Origin: an uncultured delta proteobacterium
GTDB taxonomy: Bacteria > Myxococcota_A > Polyangia > Polyangiales > JAFGIB01
DNA length: 64,000 nt
Assembly: GCA_963778655.1 (NCBI GenBank)
Contig: CAVZVA010000005.1
Location: 800,001 to 864,000 of the forward strand
Direction of reading: 5' to 3'
Every line of letters starts with the position of its first letter. Positions within the stretch are counted from its first letter, which is position 1. This document shows positions 24,221 to 34,286 of this stretch, piece after piece. The notes beneath the pieces were generated by a model, which ran no database searches, was not told where the DNA came from, and was given only the letters and a program-made list of their open reading frames with translations. Position numbers and translations under genes: made by a program.

Positions 24221-27200
24221 CGCGGCCGCGCCTGGCTGCTCTGGCGCCGTGGCTGGCCGGCGCTGCCCTGCTGCTGCCAGCGGCGGTGCGCGCCGAGGGC
24301 GCTGGCCAGCCGGGCTGGCTCAGCGTCCAGACCGGCGGCTCCAAGGGGCCCGCCTTCCTGCAGGCGATCGACACCCGCATTCAGGACGACCGCCCGCCGC
24401 CGAGCGCGGAGCAAGTCGCCGCGCTCAAGCAAATGGAGTCCGAGCTCGCCGGCTTCAACCGCGCCGGCGCCGGCTATCGGGACACCATCGTGTCGCTGCT
24501 CAAGCGCCAGTACGAGCGCCAGAAGCACGATCGCGAGGCGCTCTATTCCAGCCAGATCACCTATGAGGAGAAGCTCGAGGACAAGGCGCGCCTGGACGCG
24601 ATCGCCGTGTTCGAGCGCTTCATCGCCAAGTATCCCAACGACCCGACCTACGCGCCGGACGCGATGTTCCGCCTGGGCGAGCTGTACTTCGAGCGCGACG
24701 CGATCGCCCAGCAGAACGAGATGAACGCTTACCTGGCGGAGCGCGACCGGCGCTTGACCACCGGGCAGTCGACCGACGACCTGCAGGAGCCGCACAAGGA
24801 CTACTCGGCGACGATCGACATCTACCGCCGGCTGGCCCAGACCTTCCCCAAGTACGACAAGCTCGACGGCGTCTACTACCTGATCGGCTACTGCCACAAC
24901 GAGATGGGCCAGTCCGACATCGCGCGCATGGCGTGGCTCAACCTGGTTTGCGCGAACCACTACACGTACACCGGCGAGGCCCCGCCCAAGGAAGTGGACA
25001 CGGCGGTCGACGAACGCGCCAAGGAGCACCCTGCGCTCACGCTGCAAACGGGCAAGAAGGCCGCCTCGCCGGCCGCCTCGCCGTTCGTCGACTCCTATGC
25101 CGACTGCGAGCCGGCGGTCAAGGACTCGAAGTTCTGGGCCGAAACCTGGCTGCGCATCGGCGAGTACCACTTCGACTTCGACTTCACCAAGGACGGCCTC
25201 AACAAGGCCATCAGCGCCTACAGCAAGGTTCTGCAGCGCCCCGACGACCGCAACTACAACCTCGCGCTCTACAAGGTCGCCTGGACCTACTACCGCGCCA
25301 GCCGCTACCCGGAGGCGATGGAGAACTTCTGGAAGCTGGTGCAGTGGTCGGACGACGAGCGCAAGCGCACCGGCAAGGGCTCGGAGCTGCGCGACGAGGC
25401 GATCCAATACCTCGCGATCGGCTTCGGCTACGATGACTGGAACGAGAACCAGATCTCGGATCCGAACGAGGGGATGCCGCGCGGTATCGATCGCCTGCAG
25501 GACCCCAAGCTCATGCCGCAGGATCGACCCTGGACCTCCGAGGTCTACTTCCGGCTCGGCTACGTCTACTTCGACGAGGCCAAGTATCCGGAGGCGATCG
25601 AGGTCTGGAAGCTGGCGCTCAAGCGCTGGCCGATGGACCCGCAAGCCCCCGAGGTGCAGAACCAGATCGCCATCGCCTACTCGAGGCACAACGACCAGGA
25701 GGAGGCGATCGCGGCGCGAGCCAAGCTCAGCGACTACATCGAGGGCTCCGACTGGTGGGAAGGGAACAAGGACCACCCGGTCGAGCAGCGCCACGCCGAG
25801 CAACTCGCCGAGGATGCGCTGATCAACGCGGCCGTAGGCCATCACCAGACCGCGCAGAGCCTGCGCCGGCGCTGCGTGGACCAGCAGGAGCCCGATCTGT
25901 GCACCGAAGCCCAGAAGGAGTACGGCCTGGCGGCGCTGGCCTACCGCGGCTACATCCAGCACTACCCCAACAGCCCGGAAGCCTACGAGCTCAACTACAA
26001 CCTGGCCGACGCGCTGTACTGGTCGGAGAACTACGAAGAGTCGGCCAAGGAGTACGCCGCCGTACGCGACTCCAACCTCGACGACAAGTACCTGTCGGTC
26101 GCGGCGCGCCTGACGGTCGAGTCGATCAAGCGCTTGGTGGAGAAGAAGCAGGCCAGCGGCGAGCTGCAGGTCCGCACCGACCCGCCGGTACCGCAGGGCA
26201 CCCCGCCCAAGGTGACTCCGATCGAGCCCCCGGAGCTGCTGCAGCGGTTGGCCCAGGCTCGCGAGATGTACCTGGCGCGCGTCGACACCGCGCACGACAC
26301 CGAGAAGGTGCGCGACTCGTACTTCTACAACAACACCCTGCTGCTCTACCTTTACGGCTACTGGGACCTGTCGCGCGAGCGCTTCTGGGCCGAGTTCACC
26401 GGTCACTGCAGCGGGCCGAACGCGCAGCAGAGCGGACAGGTGGCCTGGCTCAACCTGCGCAACATGGCGGTGGCCCTGAGCGAGACCGACGAGGTGCGCG
26501 CCCTCGGCTCCGAGCTGCAGACGCGCAAGTGCACCTTCTCGCCCAGCGGTACGGCCGTGGCCGCGGTCGATTGCAGCAAGCCCGAGAACAAGACCGCGCC
26601 GATGTGCGTCGCGGGCCAGGACCTGACCAACATGCGCTACCGCGACGCGGTGGACATCTTCAACCGCGCCGAGCAGGCGACGGGTGATCAACAGCGCTTG
26701 CTGTACGAGCAGGCGGCCAGCGAGCTGGTCAAGGCGGTCAACGAGGAACCCAACCACCCCCAGGCGCCGCTGGCCCTGGAAAAGGCGGCCATCGCGCTCG
26801 AGCGCACCAGCCGCTTCGAGTCGGCCGGGCGCCTCTACCAGCGCATCATCGACGAGGTCGGTCCGCGCAAGGGCGCCAACGACGAGGAGCAGAAGTCGCT
26901 CGATGCGATCCTCGCGAACGCCTACTTCCGCCTGGCGTACAACGCCAATCGCTTCTTCGACTTCGATCGCGCGGTGGAAAACTACCGCGTGCTGGCCGAC
27001 TCGGATCGCTTCGCCAAGTCCACCGATCCGCAGATGGCCGAATGGCGAGAGGGCGCGCTAATCAACGCCGCGAAGATCCTCGAGTACCAGCAGCAGTACG
27101 CGCGCGCCGCCGACTACTACAGCCGGGCCGCCGACATCCTGCGCGACCCCAACGAGCAGCGGGCGGCGCGCTACAAGGTGGCCGAGATGGCGTTCAAGCT

Positions 27201-28065
27201 CCAGCAGTGGAGCAAGGCCGTCACCGACCTGCGCGCCTTCATCTCGCGCTACCAGAGCGACAAGGCGGCCGGCGAGCAGATCGTGCAGGCGTACGCGCGG
27301 ATTGCCGAGGCGCGCAAGGCGCAGGGCTCGCCCAAGGACTACCGGGCCGCGCGCAATGACGTGATCACGGGCTTCGCGCGCTCCGGCCAGGCTCCCGGCT
27401 CCTACGCCGCCGAATACGCCGCCAGCGCGCAGTTCGAGCAGATCGACGAGTCCAGCCACGACTTCGACAACTTCGCGATCAAGCCCGGCAAGCCCGCCAC
27501 CCTCGACGCATACGTCAAGGGCGTGGCCAGCCAGATCGGCGTCGGCAGCCGCGAAGCCAAGAGCAAGGCGGAGGCCTACAACGTGGTGCCCACCTATCGC
27601 CGCCCGACCTGGACGATCGCGGCGTTCGTGCGCCAAGGTCGCATCTACGAGATCCTGGCCAAGGCGGTGTTGAACACGCCGTTCGTGGTCCCGGCCGACC
27701 TGCAAAAGAAGATGAAGGGACTTCCCCCGGACTCGCAAGACGAGATCAAGGGACAGGTCGAGGACGCGATCCACCAGCTGCTGGACACCCAGGTGCGACC
27801 GATCGAGTGTCTGGCCGTGGGCCGCTACGCGCTCGCTGCCCGCGCTGCGCGTGCGGGCAGCATCGACAACGACTACACGCGCGAGGCGTTCGACCGCATC
27901 AATGCGTACGGCGACGAGCGCATCGCCGAGTGCATCGCGCAGGTCGCGGCGAAGGACACGACTTTCCAGGCGTATCAGCCCGGCGAGTTCAAGCGCGCCG
28001 CGCGCGGCATGGATCTCACGATGAAGGCGGGCGTCGCCCCGCCGCCGCTGGCAGGTGGGCAATGA
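24217..28065 (+). CDS. Large periplasmic TPR protein, GltD/AgmU/NfsD-like
   Basis: Signal peptide; many TPRs (DAMFRLGELYF, WLRIGEYHF, ALYKVAWTYY); about 1280 aa; sits upstream of gltE/F/G-like genes. Confidence 0.75.
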   Translation: MTRPRLAALAPWLAGAALLLPAAVRAEGAGQPGWLSVQTGGSKGPAFLQAIDTRIQDDRPPPSAEQVAALKQMESELAGFNRAGAGYRDTIVSLLKRQYERQKHDREALYSSQITYEEKLEDKARLDAIAVFERFIAKYPNDPTYAPDAMFRLGELYFERDAIAQQNEMNAYLAERDRRLTTGQSTDDLQEPHKDYSATIDIYRRLAQTFPKYDKLDGVYYLIGYCHNEMGQSDIARMAWLNLVCANHYTYTGEAPPKEVDTAVDERAKEHPALTLQTGKKAASPAASPFVDSYADCEPAVKDSKFWAETWLRIGEYHFDFDFTKDGLNKAISAYSKVLQRPDDRNYNLALYKVAWTYYRASRYPEAMENFWKLVQWSDDERKRTGKGSELRDEAIQYLAIGFGYDDWNENQISDPNEGMPRGIDRLQDPKLMPQDRPWTSEVYFRLGYVYFDEAKYPEAIEVWKLALKRWPMDPQAPEVQNQIAIAYSRHNDQEEAIAARAKLSDYIEGSDWWEGNKDHPVEQRHAEQLAEDALINAAVGHHQTAQSLRRRCVDQQEPDLCTEAQKEYGLAALAYRGYIQHYPNSPEAYELNYNLADALYWSENYEESAKEYAAVRDSNLDDKYLSVAARLTVESIKRLVEKKQASGELQVRTDPPVPQGTPPKVTPIEPPELLQRLAQAREMYLARVDTAHDTEKVRDSYFYNNTLLLYLYGYWDLSRERFWAEFTGHCSGPNAQQSGQVAWLNLRNMAVALSETDEVRALGSELQTRKCTFSPSGTAVAAVDCSKPENKTAPMCVAGQDLTNMRYRDAVDIFNRAEQATGDQQRLLYEQAASELVKAVNEEPNHPQAPLALEKAAIALERTSRFESAGRLYQRIIDEVGPRKGANDEEQKSLDAILANAYFRLAYNANRFFDFDRAVENYRVLADSDRFAKSTDPQMAEWREGALINAAKILEYQQQYARAADYYSRAADILRDPNEQRAARYKVAEMAFKLQQWSKAVTDLRAFISRYQSDKAAGEQIVQAYARIAEARKAQGSPKDYRAARNDVITGFARSGQAPGSYAAEYAASAQFEQIDESSHDFDNFAIKPGKPATLDAYVKGVASQIGVGSREAKSKAEAYNVVPTYRRPTWTIAAFVRQGRIYEILAKAVLNTPFVVPADLQKKMKGLPPDSQDEIKGQVEDAIHQLLDTQVRPIECLAVGRYALAARAARAGSIDNDYTREAFDRINAYGDERIAECIAQVAAKDTTFQAYQPGEFKRAARGMDLTMKAGVAPPPLAGGQ

Positions 28066-29522
28066 GCGCGCGCGCGCCGTGGCTGAGCTGGCCGCTGTCG
28101 ATCGCCCTTGCGCTGGCGTGCGGCTGCTCCAAGAAGGTGCAGGTCGGCACTGGTGGCGAGGGCGAGCAGGCGACCAGCGGCGGCGACTTCGGGGACGAGG
28201 AAGGCCTCGCCAAGAAGATGCCGGGCGGGGCAGCCGGGACGCCCCAGGCCCAGGCTGCGGCCAAGAAGACGGAGACCCACGATTACCGGCCCAAGCTCGC
28301 GCCCGCGCCCGAGGTTCAGGCCAAGCACGAGCCGCCCCCGCCGCCCAGCGGGCCCAGCCCCTGGGGCGCGCCGGACGCAGAGAGCGGGCGGCCGCTGCCG
28401 CCGCGGCCCAAGATGAACGCCGCCGCAGCCAAGGCCTACGCGCAGGGCGTGGCCGCCGCGGGCAAGGGCGACAACGCGGCCGCCAGGACGGCCTTCGAGC
28501 AGGCGCTGGCCGCGGATCCGCGGGCTTACGAGGCGGCCTACAACCTCGGCATCATCGCCGACCGCCAAGGGCAGACCAACCAGGCGCTGCAGTACTTTGC
28601 ACGCGCGCTCAAGATTCAGCCGGACTACGAGGACGCCGTGGACGCCGAGGTCGCGATCGACGTGAGACAGGGCAGGGCGGACCTCGCGGTGAGCGCAGCG
28701 CAACCGGTCGCGACGCAGTGGGAGCGCAACCTGTACCTGCAAGCGATCCTCGCCCACGCGCTGGTCCAGGCCAATCGCCTGGACGAGGCGGAGCAGGCTG
28801 CGCGCAAGGCGCTGCAGCGCGACGAGCGCTTCGTGCCCGCGATGGTGGCTCTGGCCGAAGCGAGCATGCAGCGCGGCCGGATGGAGCTGGCCGACTCGAT
28901 CCTGGAGCAGGCGCTCGCAATCGATCCCAAGTATCCCGAGATCTACTTTCTGCAGGGCAAGCGCCACCAGCAAGAGGGCCGCTCGGCCCAGGCGCTGACC
29001 GCCTACAGCAAAGCGGTGGAGCTGCGGCCCGAGTATGCCGAAGCGCGCATGGCGCTGGGCATTCAGTACATGGCCGCCGGCAACTACGCGCTGGCGCTCG
29101 AGCAGTTCGAGACGCTCGCGCGCCTGACCCCCACGCTCGTCGCCGTGCACGTGAACCTGGGCGATGCCTATCGCGCCAACCGGCGCTGGCAGGACGCCAA
29201 GCGCGAGCTCGATCAGGCCTTGCGCATGCAGAGCCCGCTGCCCGAGGCGCACTTCAACATGGCGCTGCTCTACATGGACGCGGGCGCGGACTTCCCGGGT
29301 TTGCAGCTGCTCGATACGCTGCAGCGCGCCGTGCTCGAGTTTACCAGCTACCGCGAACAGATGGGCTCGCGGCTGACTAAGGACGACAGCTCGGCGGGCT
29401 ACATCGCCGATTTGCAGCGGCAGATTGACCGCGAGCGCAAGCGTATCGAGCGTGAGGCCGCGCAGAAGAAGACCGAAGCCGAGCGCGCGGCCCGCGCCGC
29501 GCCGGCCGCAGGAGGCAAGTGA
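28062..29522 (+). CDS. TPR lipoprotein, GltE/AglT-like
   Basis: Lipobox LACGC, Pro-rich linker and tandem TPRs; synteny. Confidence 0.75.
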   Translation: MSARAPWLSWPLSIALALACGCSKKVQVGTGGEGEQATSGGDFGDEEGLAKKMPGGAAGTPQAQAAAKKTETHDYRPKLAPAPEVQAKHEPPPPPSGPSPWGAPDAESGRPLPPRPKMNAAAAKAYAQGVAAAGKGDNAAARTAFEQALAADPRAYEAAYNLGIIADRQGQTNQALQYFARALKIQPDYEDAVDAEVAIDVRQGRADLAVSAAQPVATQWERNLYLQAILAHALVQANRLDEAEQAARKALQRDERFVPAMVALAEASMQRGRMELADSILEQALAIDPKYPEIYFLQGKRHQQEGRSAQALTAYSKAVELRPEYAEARMALGIQYMAAGNYALALEQFETLARLTPTLVAVHVNLGDAYRANRRWQDAKRELDQALRMQSPLPEAHFNMALLYMDAGADFPGLQLLDTLQRAVLEFTSYREQMGSRLTKDDSSAGYIADLQRQIDRERKRIEREAAQKKTEAERAARAAPAAGGK

Positions 29523-29779
29523 TGGCTGCGACGTCGACGCGTCTGGGGTGGTGCGTGCTCGCCTTGGCGTTGTTGACCGCCGCCGGCGCACGCGCCCAGG
29601 ACAAGCGCCAGAAAGCGCCCAAGGTGATCGAGCTGGAGGAAATCAGAATCGAGGGCCGGGTACAGAAGCCCAACGCCTTCTACATCCTGAATCGCTCGAC
29701 CATCGGCTACGAGGTCATGGAGCTGCGCACCAGCTTCGTGCAAGAGGTCGTGCACGCCGTGGATAGCGACCCGTTCTGA
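29519..29779 (+). CDS. Small secreted protein, GltF/CglF-like
   Basis: Signal peptide ARA-Q; 'IELEEIRIEGRVQKP...LRTSF' pattern; lies between the TPR lipoprotein and the TonB-C protein. Confidence 0.7.
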   Translation: MMAATSTRLGWCVLALALLTAAGARAQDKRQKAPKVIELEEIRIEGRVQKPNAFYILNRSTIGYEVMELRTSFVQEVVHAVDSDPF

Positions 29780-30394
29780 GTGGATGCGGCTCGGGCCGGC
29801 TGGACGGCGTTCAACGCGTTTCAAGCCCTGTTGGGCGCAGGCGCCATGGCATTGATCGGCGTGCGGATGCGGGTGCTGCTGTTCGAGGCGCTGCTCGATA
29901 TCCACAGTTTCGTGGCAGCGCTGCGCACCGCCATGGCGGGCGGCCAGCTCGCGCTGGCGCGGGCACTGGCCGAAGCGTGCAAGCCCGCGTGGGCGGCAAG
30001 GCTGGCGGCGTGCGGGCTGGCCGAGCTCGAGGCCGCGCGCGATCCGCGGCCGGCGCTGGAGGAGCTGCAAGGCGAGCTCGAGCAAGCCGCCTCACGCGGG
30101 CGTGATATGCTGCTCGCGCTCGGGCGCATGGCCAGCCCGATCGCCCTGATCGGCGTGATCGTCGAGATGGGCAACGCGGCGCACGGTGGCGGGGGTCTGC
30201 TCGGCCTGCAGCGCGGGCTGGTCGCGCGGATCGCCATGCAGCGGGCGGTGCTCACGGTCGCGCTGGGGCTGGGCACGTCGGCCGTTTGTTTTGTTGCCGC
30301 AGCAATTCTGCAGCGCAGCGCGGCGACACTGCGGCGCGACCTCACGCAGGTCCGCGCACTGTTCGACGCGCCTGAGGGCGGTGGAGAAATGTAG
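29780..30394 (+). CDS. Degenerate MotA/TolQ/ExbB-like membrane protein
   Basis: Three TM segments with ExbB-like spacing; LGRMASPIALIGV resembles the ExbB/TolQ TM2. Confidence 0.5.
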   Translation: MDAARAGWTAFNAFQALLGAGAMALIGVRMRVLLFEALLDIHSFVAALRTAMAGGQLALARALAEACKPAWAARLAACGLAELEAARDPRPALEELQGELEQAASRGRDMLLALGRMASPIALIGVIVEMGNAAHGGGGLLGLQRGLVARIAMQRAVLTVALGLGTSAVCFVAAAILQRSAATLRRDLTQVRALFDAPEGGGEM

Positions 30395-30601
30395 GGCCTG
30401 CAGAGCCTGGCGTGGCCTGCCAGCCGCCCTCCGGCCGCGGGGCCGCCCGGCGAAAAACCGCAACCCTGGACCGGACTTGGACAGCGTTGTACTGTGGCTG
30501 GCCGGCAGTACGGGCGCGCGGTGAGGGAACTTCTCGCGGCCCGAGACGTCTTCAGAGACAATGGGCAACGAGCAGGGCCCAGCCGAGCGAGAAACCCCAC
30601 G

Positions 30602-32071
30602 ATGAGCGAGCAAACGCCCCAGTCGTCCCAGCCTCAGCGCGCGAGCCGGCCTGGCGCCATGACCATGGCGATGCAGGCCGTCCAGCTCAAACCCAGCGGG
30701 CCTAAGGTCCTGCGTATCGGTCTGATCCAGGGCGGCAAGATCGTCGAGGAGCGCATCATCCGCAGGCGCGAGACGGTCACCGTCGGTAATTCGGAGAAGA
30801 ACCACTTCGTCGTGCACGGCGAGGGCGTTCCGGCGCGCTTCGAGCTGTTCCAGCTGGTCGGCAACGACTACATCCTGAACTTCACCGACAAGATGTCGGG
30901 CCGGGTCGGGCTGCCCGGCGGCGTCCAGGATCTGCAGCAAATGCGCCAGAGCGGCGCAGCGCGCAACGCCGGCACGCACTTCCAGGTCAAGCTCAGCGAT
31001 ACCTCGCGCGGCAAGGTGGTGCTCGGCACGACCACGCTGCTGTTCCAATTCGTGGCGCCACCGCCGGTGCAGCCGCGCCCGCAGCTGCCGGCCGCGGCGC
31101 GCGCGGGCTTCGTGCGCAGCATCGACTGGCTGTTCACCGCGTTCACGGTCTTCACCTTCATGACGATGTTCGGCTTCATCGTCTACCTCGAGAACGCGGA
31201 CTGGCCGCTGACAGGGGGCGTCGAGGCGGTGCCCGAAGAAGTCGCGAAGATGATCTACGAGGAGCCGCCGCCGCCTCCGGAAGAGAAGCCTCAAGAGGCG
31301 GAGGCTCCCAGCGACCAAGCGCAGGCGGAAAAGGAGACGAAGAAGCCCGAGAAGCAATCGGCGCCCAAGGAAGCGTCGCCCGCCCCAACCAAGGAGGAGC
31401 AGGAGGCCGCCCAAGCGGAGAAGACCGCGCGCATTGCGCAGGAAGCCGCGCAAGCGGCCGAGGCGCTGGTGGTGGGCGCGCTGAGCTCGGAAGCCGGCGG
31501 CGCACTGGCCGACGTGCTCGCGGGCGGCGCGGTCACGGGCAACGCGCAGGACATCTTGGCGCAGGCCGCGGGCGTGGGCGTGGCGCAATCGGCTTCGGGG
31601 GGCGCGCTGCGTACGCGCTCCGGCGGCGGCTCGGGCAGCGGCCAGAAAGGTCTGGGCGCGCTGTCGCGCGCCGAGGGCGCCACCAAGGCCCAAGGCGAAG
31701 GCGGCAAGGTGGTCGAGCGCGTGATCAAGGCCAAGACGCCCTCGCTGGGCTCCGGCGGCGACATCGGCGGCAGCGGCGAGTTCGACTCGGCGCTGGTAGT
31801 GAAGATGATCAAGCAGCGCATCGGCGCCATCAAGGCCTGCTACGAGCGCGAGCTGAAGAGCAATCCGACCCTCGCGGGCAAGATCACGATCCAGTTCACG
31901 ATCGAGGAGCGCGGCAACGTCTCGGGGGTCAAGGTCACCGACAACAGCATGGGCAGCGACGCGGTGGGCTCGTGCGTCGCCAACGCGATCCAGCGCTTCC
32001 GCTTCAACCCCGGGCCGAGCGGCGGATCGGTCAGTTTCTCGTACCCCTTCGTCTTCGCGCCCCAAAACTGA
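30602..32071 (+). CDS. GltG/PglI-like protein: N-terminal FHA-like domain, TM, Pro-rich linker and TonB-C/AgmX-PglI C-terminal domain
   Basis: One TM; EEPPPPPEE; IKACYERELKSNPTLAGKITIQFTI...CV...YPFVF. Confidence 0.85.
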   Translation: MSEQTPQSSQPQRASRPGAMTMAMQAVQLKPSGPKVLRIGLIQGGKIVEERIIRRRETVTVGNSEKNHFVVHGEGVPARFELFQLVGNDYILNFTDKMSGRVGLPGGVQDLQQMRQSGAARNAGTHFQVKLSDTSRGKVVLGTTTLLFQFVAPPPVQPRPQLPAAARAGFVRSIDWLFTAFTVFTFMTMFGFIVYLENADWPLTGGVEAVPEEVAKMIYEEPPPPPEEKPQEAEAPSDQAQAEKETKKPEKQSAPKEASPAPTKEEQEAAQAEKTARIAQEAAQAAEALVVGALSSEAGGALADVLAGGAVTGNAQDILAQAAGVGVAQSASGGALRTRSGGGSGSGQKGLGALSRAEGATKAQGEGGKVVERVIKAKTPSLGSGGDIGGSGEFDSALVVKMIKQRIGAIKACYERELKSNPTLAGKITIQFTIEERGNVSGVKVTDNSMGSDAVGSCVANAIQRFRFNPGPSGGSVSFSYPFVFAPQN

Positions 32072-32182
32072 ACGGGCCGAGCCGGCTGCGCAACCGATGC
32101 ACGGGAGCTGCCCCAGTCGGGGACCCCGCCTGTGCCGGGCCCTTCCCAACGACGATTGGCAAGTTCGCGTGATTCTTGTGCA

Positions 32183-32210
32183 TTGACACGGTCGGACGGC
32201 ACAATATACT
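32183..32210 (+). promoter_or_regulatory. Sigma-70-type promoter
   Basis: TTGACA-N16-TATACT, 27 nt before the ATG at 32238. Confidence 0.65.
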
Positions 32211-32237
32211 CGCGACGTAACCGGGGAAGAGGCGGAC

Positions 32238-32852
32238 ATGCGTACCTACTGGACGGCCCCATCTGCGTTTTCCATGTTGGTCATGACGACTGCGGCCCTG
32301 GCGCAGAGCCAACCTGCGGCGACATCTGCGCAGGCGCCCGCGCCCGCGACACAACCCGCGGTGCAACCGACGACGCAAGGCGGAGCAGGCGCGCAGCCCC
32401 ACACGGCGACCCCCGAGGAGCTGATCGCGCAGGGCGAGGCCGTGGTGCGGCGGGGCAACGCGATCAGTCAAAGCGTGCTCAGCATGCTGCAGGATGCGCG
32501 CAAAGAGGCGGACATCATCAAGATCACCTGCCTCGACGACAAGCTGGCCCAGGTCAACGCCAACCTGCACACGGCCGAGAGCCGGCTCGACGCCCTGAAG
32601 AAGGCGGTCGATCCGGATCTGCGAATGCACGAGTACACCGTGCTGACGGTGCTCGCGCAGAAGTTGCAGGTGCTGGACCAGGAGGCGCACCAGTGCGTGG
32701 GCCAGGCGATGTACGAGACGGGCGTGACGAAGGTCGTGACTGAAATTGATCAGAGCAAGCTACCGTTCGAGGAGAACACGCCCTCCAACATTCCTGTGAT
32801 CAAACCCGGCGTCGTGCCCGAGCCGTCTGGTCCCAGCAGTGGAACGATGTAG
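32238..32852 (+). CDS. Secreted helical protein of unknown function (TCLDDKL...QCVG)
   Basis: Signal peptide ALA-Q; two Cys; paralog of 36555..37187. Confidence 0.8.
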   Translation: MRTYWTAPSAFSMLVMTTAALAQSQPAATSAQAPAPATQPAVQPTTQGGAGAQPHTATPEELIAQGEAVVRRGNAISQSVLSMLQDARKEADIIKITCLDDKLAQVNANLHTAESRLDALKKAVDPDLRMHEYTVLTVLAQKLQVLDQEAHQCVGQAMYETGVTKVVTEIDQSKLPFEENTPSNIPVIKPGVVPEPSGPSSGTM

Positions 32853-32938
32853 GCATCTCACGCAGGCCCACGCGCCCAATCACTAAATGGACCCGGGGGA
32901 GCAGTTCCCGACCCCCAAATCGGAGCTAGTCCGGGACG

Positions 32939-34279
32939 ATGCGTTTTCGCTTTGCTTGGCTTTGGGGCGTACTCGCCGCAGTGATCCTGCTGGGCACGGC
33001 TCGCGCTGAAGCCCAGGTGGGTGGCGATATCGGCTCGCCGCAATGGCTGTCTGATCGCCAGCGCGCCGAGGGTCGCGGCGTACGTCTGGGCGACTTCGAG
33101 CTGCACCCGGGCATCGGCGCTGAGGGCGGCTGGGTCAGCAACGTGTTGCTCTCGGATCCGGCCAAGGCGAGCGGAGTGCTGCGGGTCGCGCCGCACCTGT
33201 ATCTCTCGACGCTGGGCGCGGAGCGGCTGGAAGGTGAAAGGCCGACGGTGGCCTTCCGAGCGGGCGCCAGTGGCACGCTCAAGCACTACTTCGCGACCAA
33301 TCTCGGCACGGACATGGGCGTCGGCGAGGACGCGCGTCTGGTGTTGAGCCCGAGCCGCGTGTTCAGCGCCGAGGTCTTCGACGAGTACCAGCGCACGATC
33401 GATCCCTTCCAGGAAGCCTCGGGACCCACTGTCGGCCCGATCAAGCTGTCGGCCTTCGATCGCGATCGCCTGGGAGTGGGCACCAGGCTGCAGCTCTCCA
33501 CGCCCGGCGGGCTGTTCAAGACCGGCGTCGGCTACCGCTTCGACATCGATCACTTCGAGAGCAAGACGCTCTCGGGCTCGCGCAACCAGACTCACACCAT
33601 CTCCGCGGACACCAGTTGGGAGTTCCTGCCCAAGACCGCGCTGGTCTGGAACGGCGATGTGAAGCTACATCGGTATCTCAACGCTTCAGCCGCGCAGATG
33701 CCCACGAGCACATCCACCGGGGACCTCGGTGGGGACCGCTACAACAGCACCCAGCTCGACAGTAAGATCGGTCTCAACGGCGCGCTGACCCAGAAGGTCG
33801 CGCTCACGGCCGCGGTCGGCTACGGCGCGGGCTTCTTCAGGAACGACAACGACTACGAGAGCGTGATCGCCCAGGTCGAGGCGCGCTGGCGAATGCAGGA
33901 GACGGCGCTGTGGGCGCTGGGCTACGACCGCCAGTTCAACAGCGCTTTCCAGGGCAACTTCGTGCGGATGGATCGGCTCAAGACCCGCCTGGAGGTCCTG
34001 ATGTCGGGGGCCTTCTTGCTGGCGGCCAAGGTGGAGTTCACGTTTGCGACGTTCGGCAAAGATTCCAACGCCAACCTGGGGAATCGCCACGACAAGTATC
34101 TGTTGACCAATCTGAGCGGTGAGTATCGGTTCCTGGATTGGCTCGCAGCGACGGCCGAAATTGGATACATCCAGAACTTCACGAATTTTGAGTACCCGGC
34201 TCCGACGATGGGCGGGACGCCGATCAAGGCCTCATACAACCAGTTCTCGGCGTGGCTCGGCCTGCGCGCATTCCTGTGA
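32939..34279 (+). CDS. Outer-membrane beta-barrel, WzpX/EpsX-like polysaccharide secretion porin
   Basis: Signal peptide; G.RLGDFELHPG N-terminal motif; alternating beta strands; terminal 'LGLRAFL'; adjacent to the OPX gene. Confidence 0.75.
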   Translation: MRFRFAWLWGVLAAVILLGTARAEAQVGGDIGSPQWLSDRQRAEGRGVRLGDFELHPGIGAEGGWVSNVLLSDPAKASGVLRVAPHLYLSTLGAERLEGERPTVAFRAGASGTLKHYFATNLGTDMGVGEDARLVLSPSRVFSAEVFDEYQRTIDPFQEASGPTVGPIKLSAFDRDRLGVGTRLQLSTPGGLFKTGVGYRFDIDHFESKTLSGSRNQTHTISADTSWEFLPKTALVWNGDVKLHRYLNASAAQMPTSTSTGDLGGDRYNSTQLDSKIGLNGALTQKVALTAAVGYGAGFFRNDNDYESVIAQVEARWRMQETALWALGYDRQFNSAFQGNFVRMDRLKTRLEVLMSGAFLLAAKVEFTFATFGKDSNANLGNRHDKYLLTNLSGEYRFLDWLAATAEIGYIQNFTNFEYPAPTMGGTPIKASYNQFSAWLGLRAFL

Positions 34280-34286
34280 CGCGAGC

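Noticed and set aside
24052..26757. 901-aa antisense ORF and many similar long shadow ORFs (e.g. 9511..11172, 49327..51486, 30092..32239)
   Set aside because: They mirror real genes on the opposite strand, are expected from high-GC codon bias and carry no recognisable motifs.
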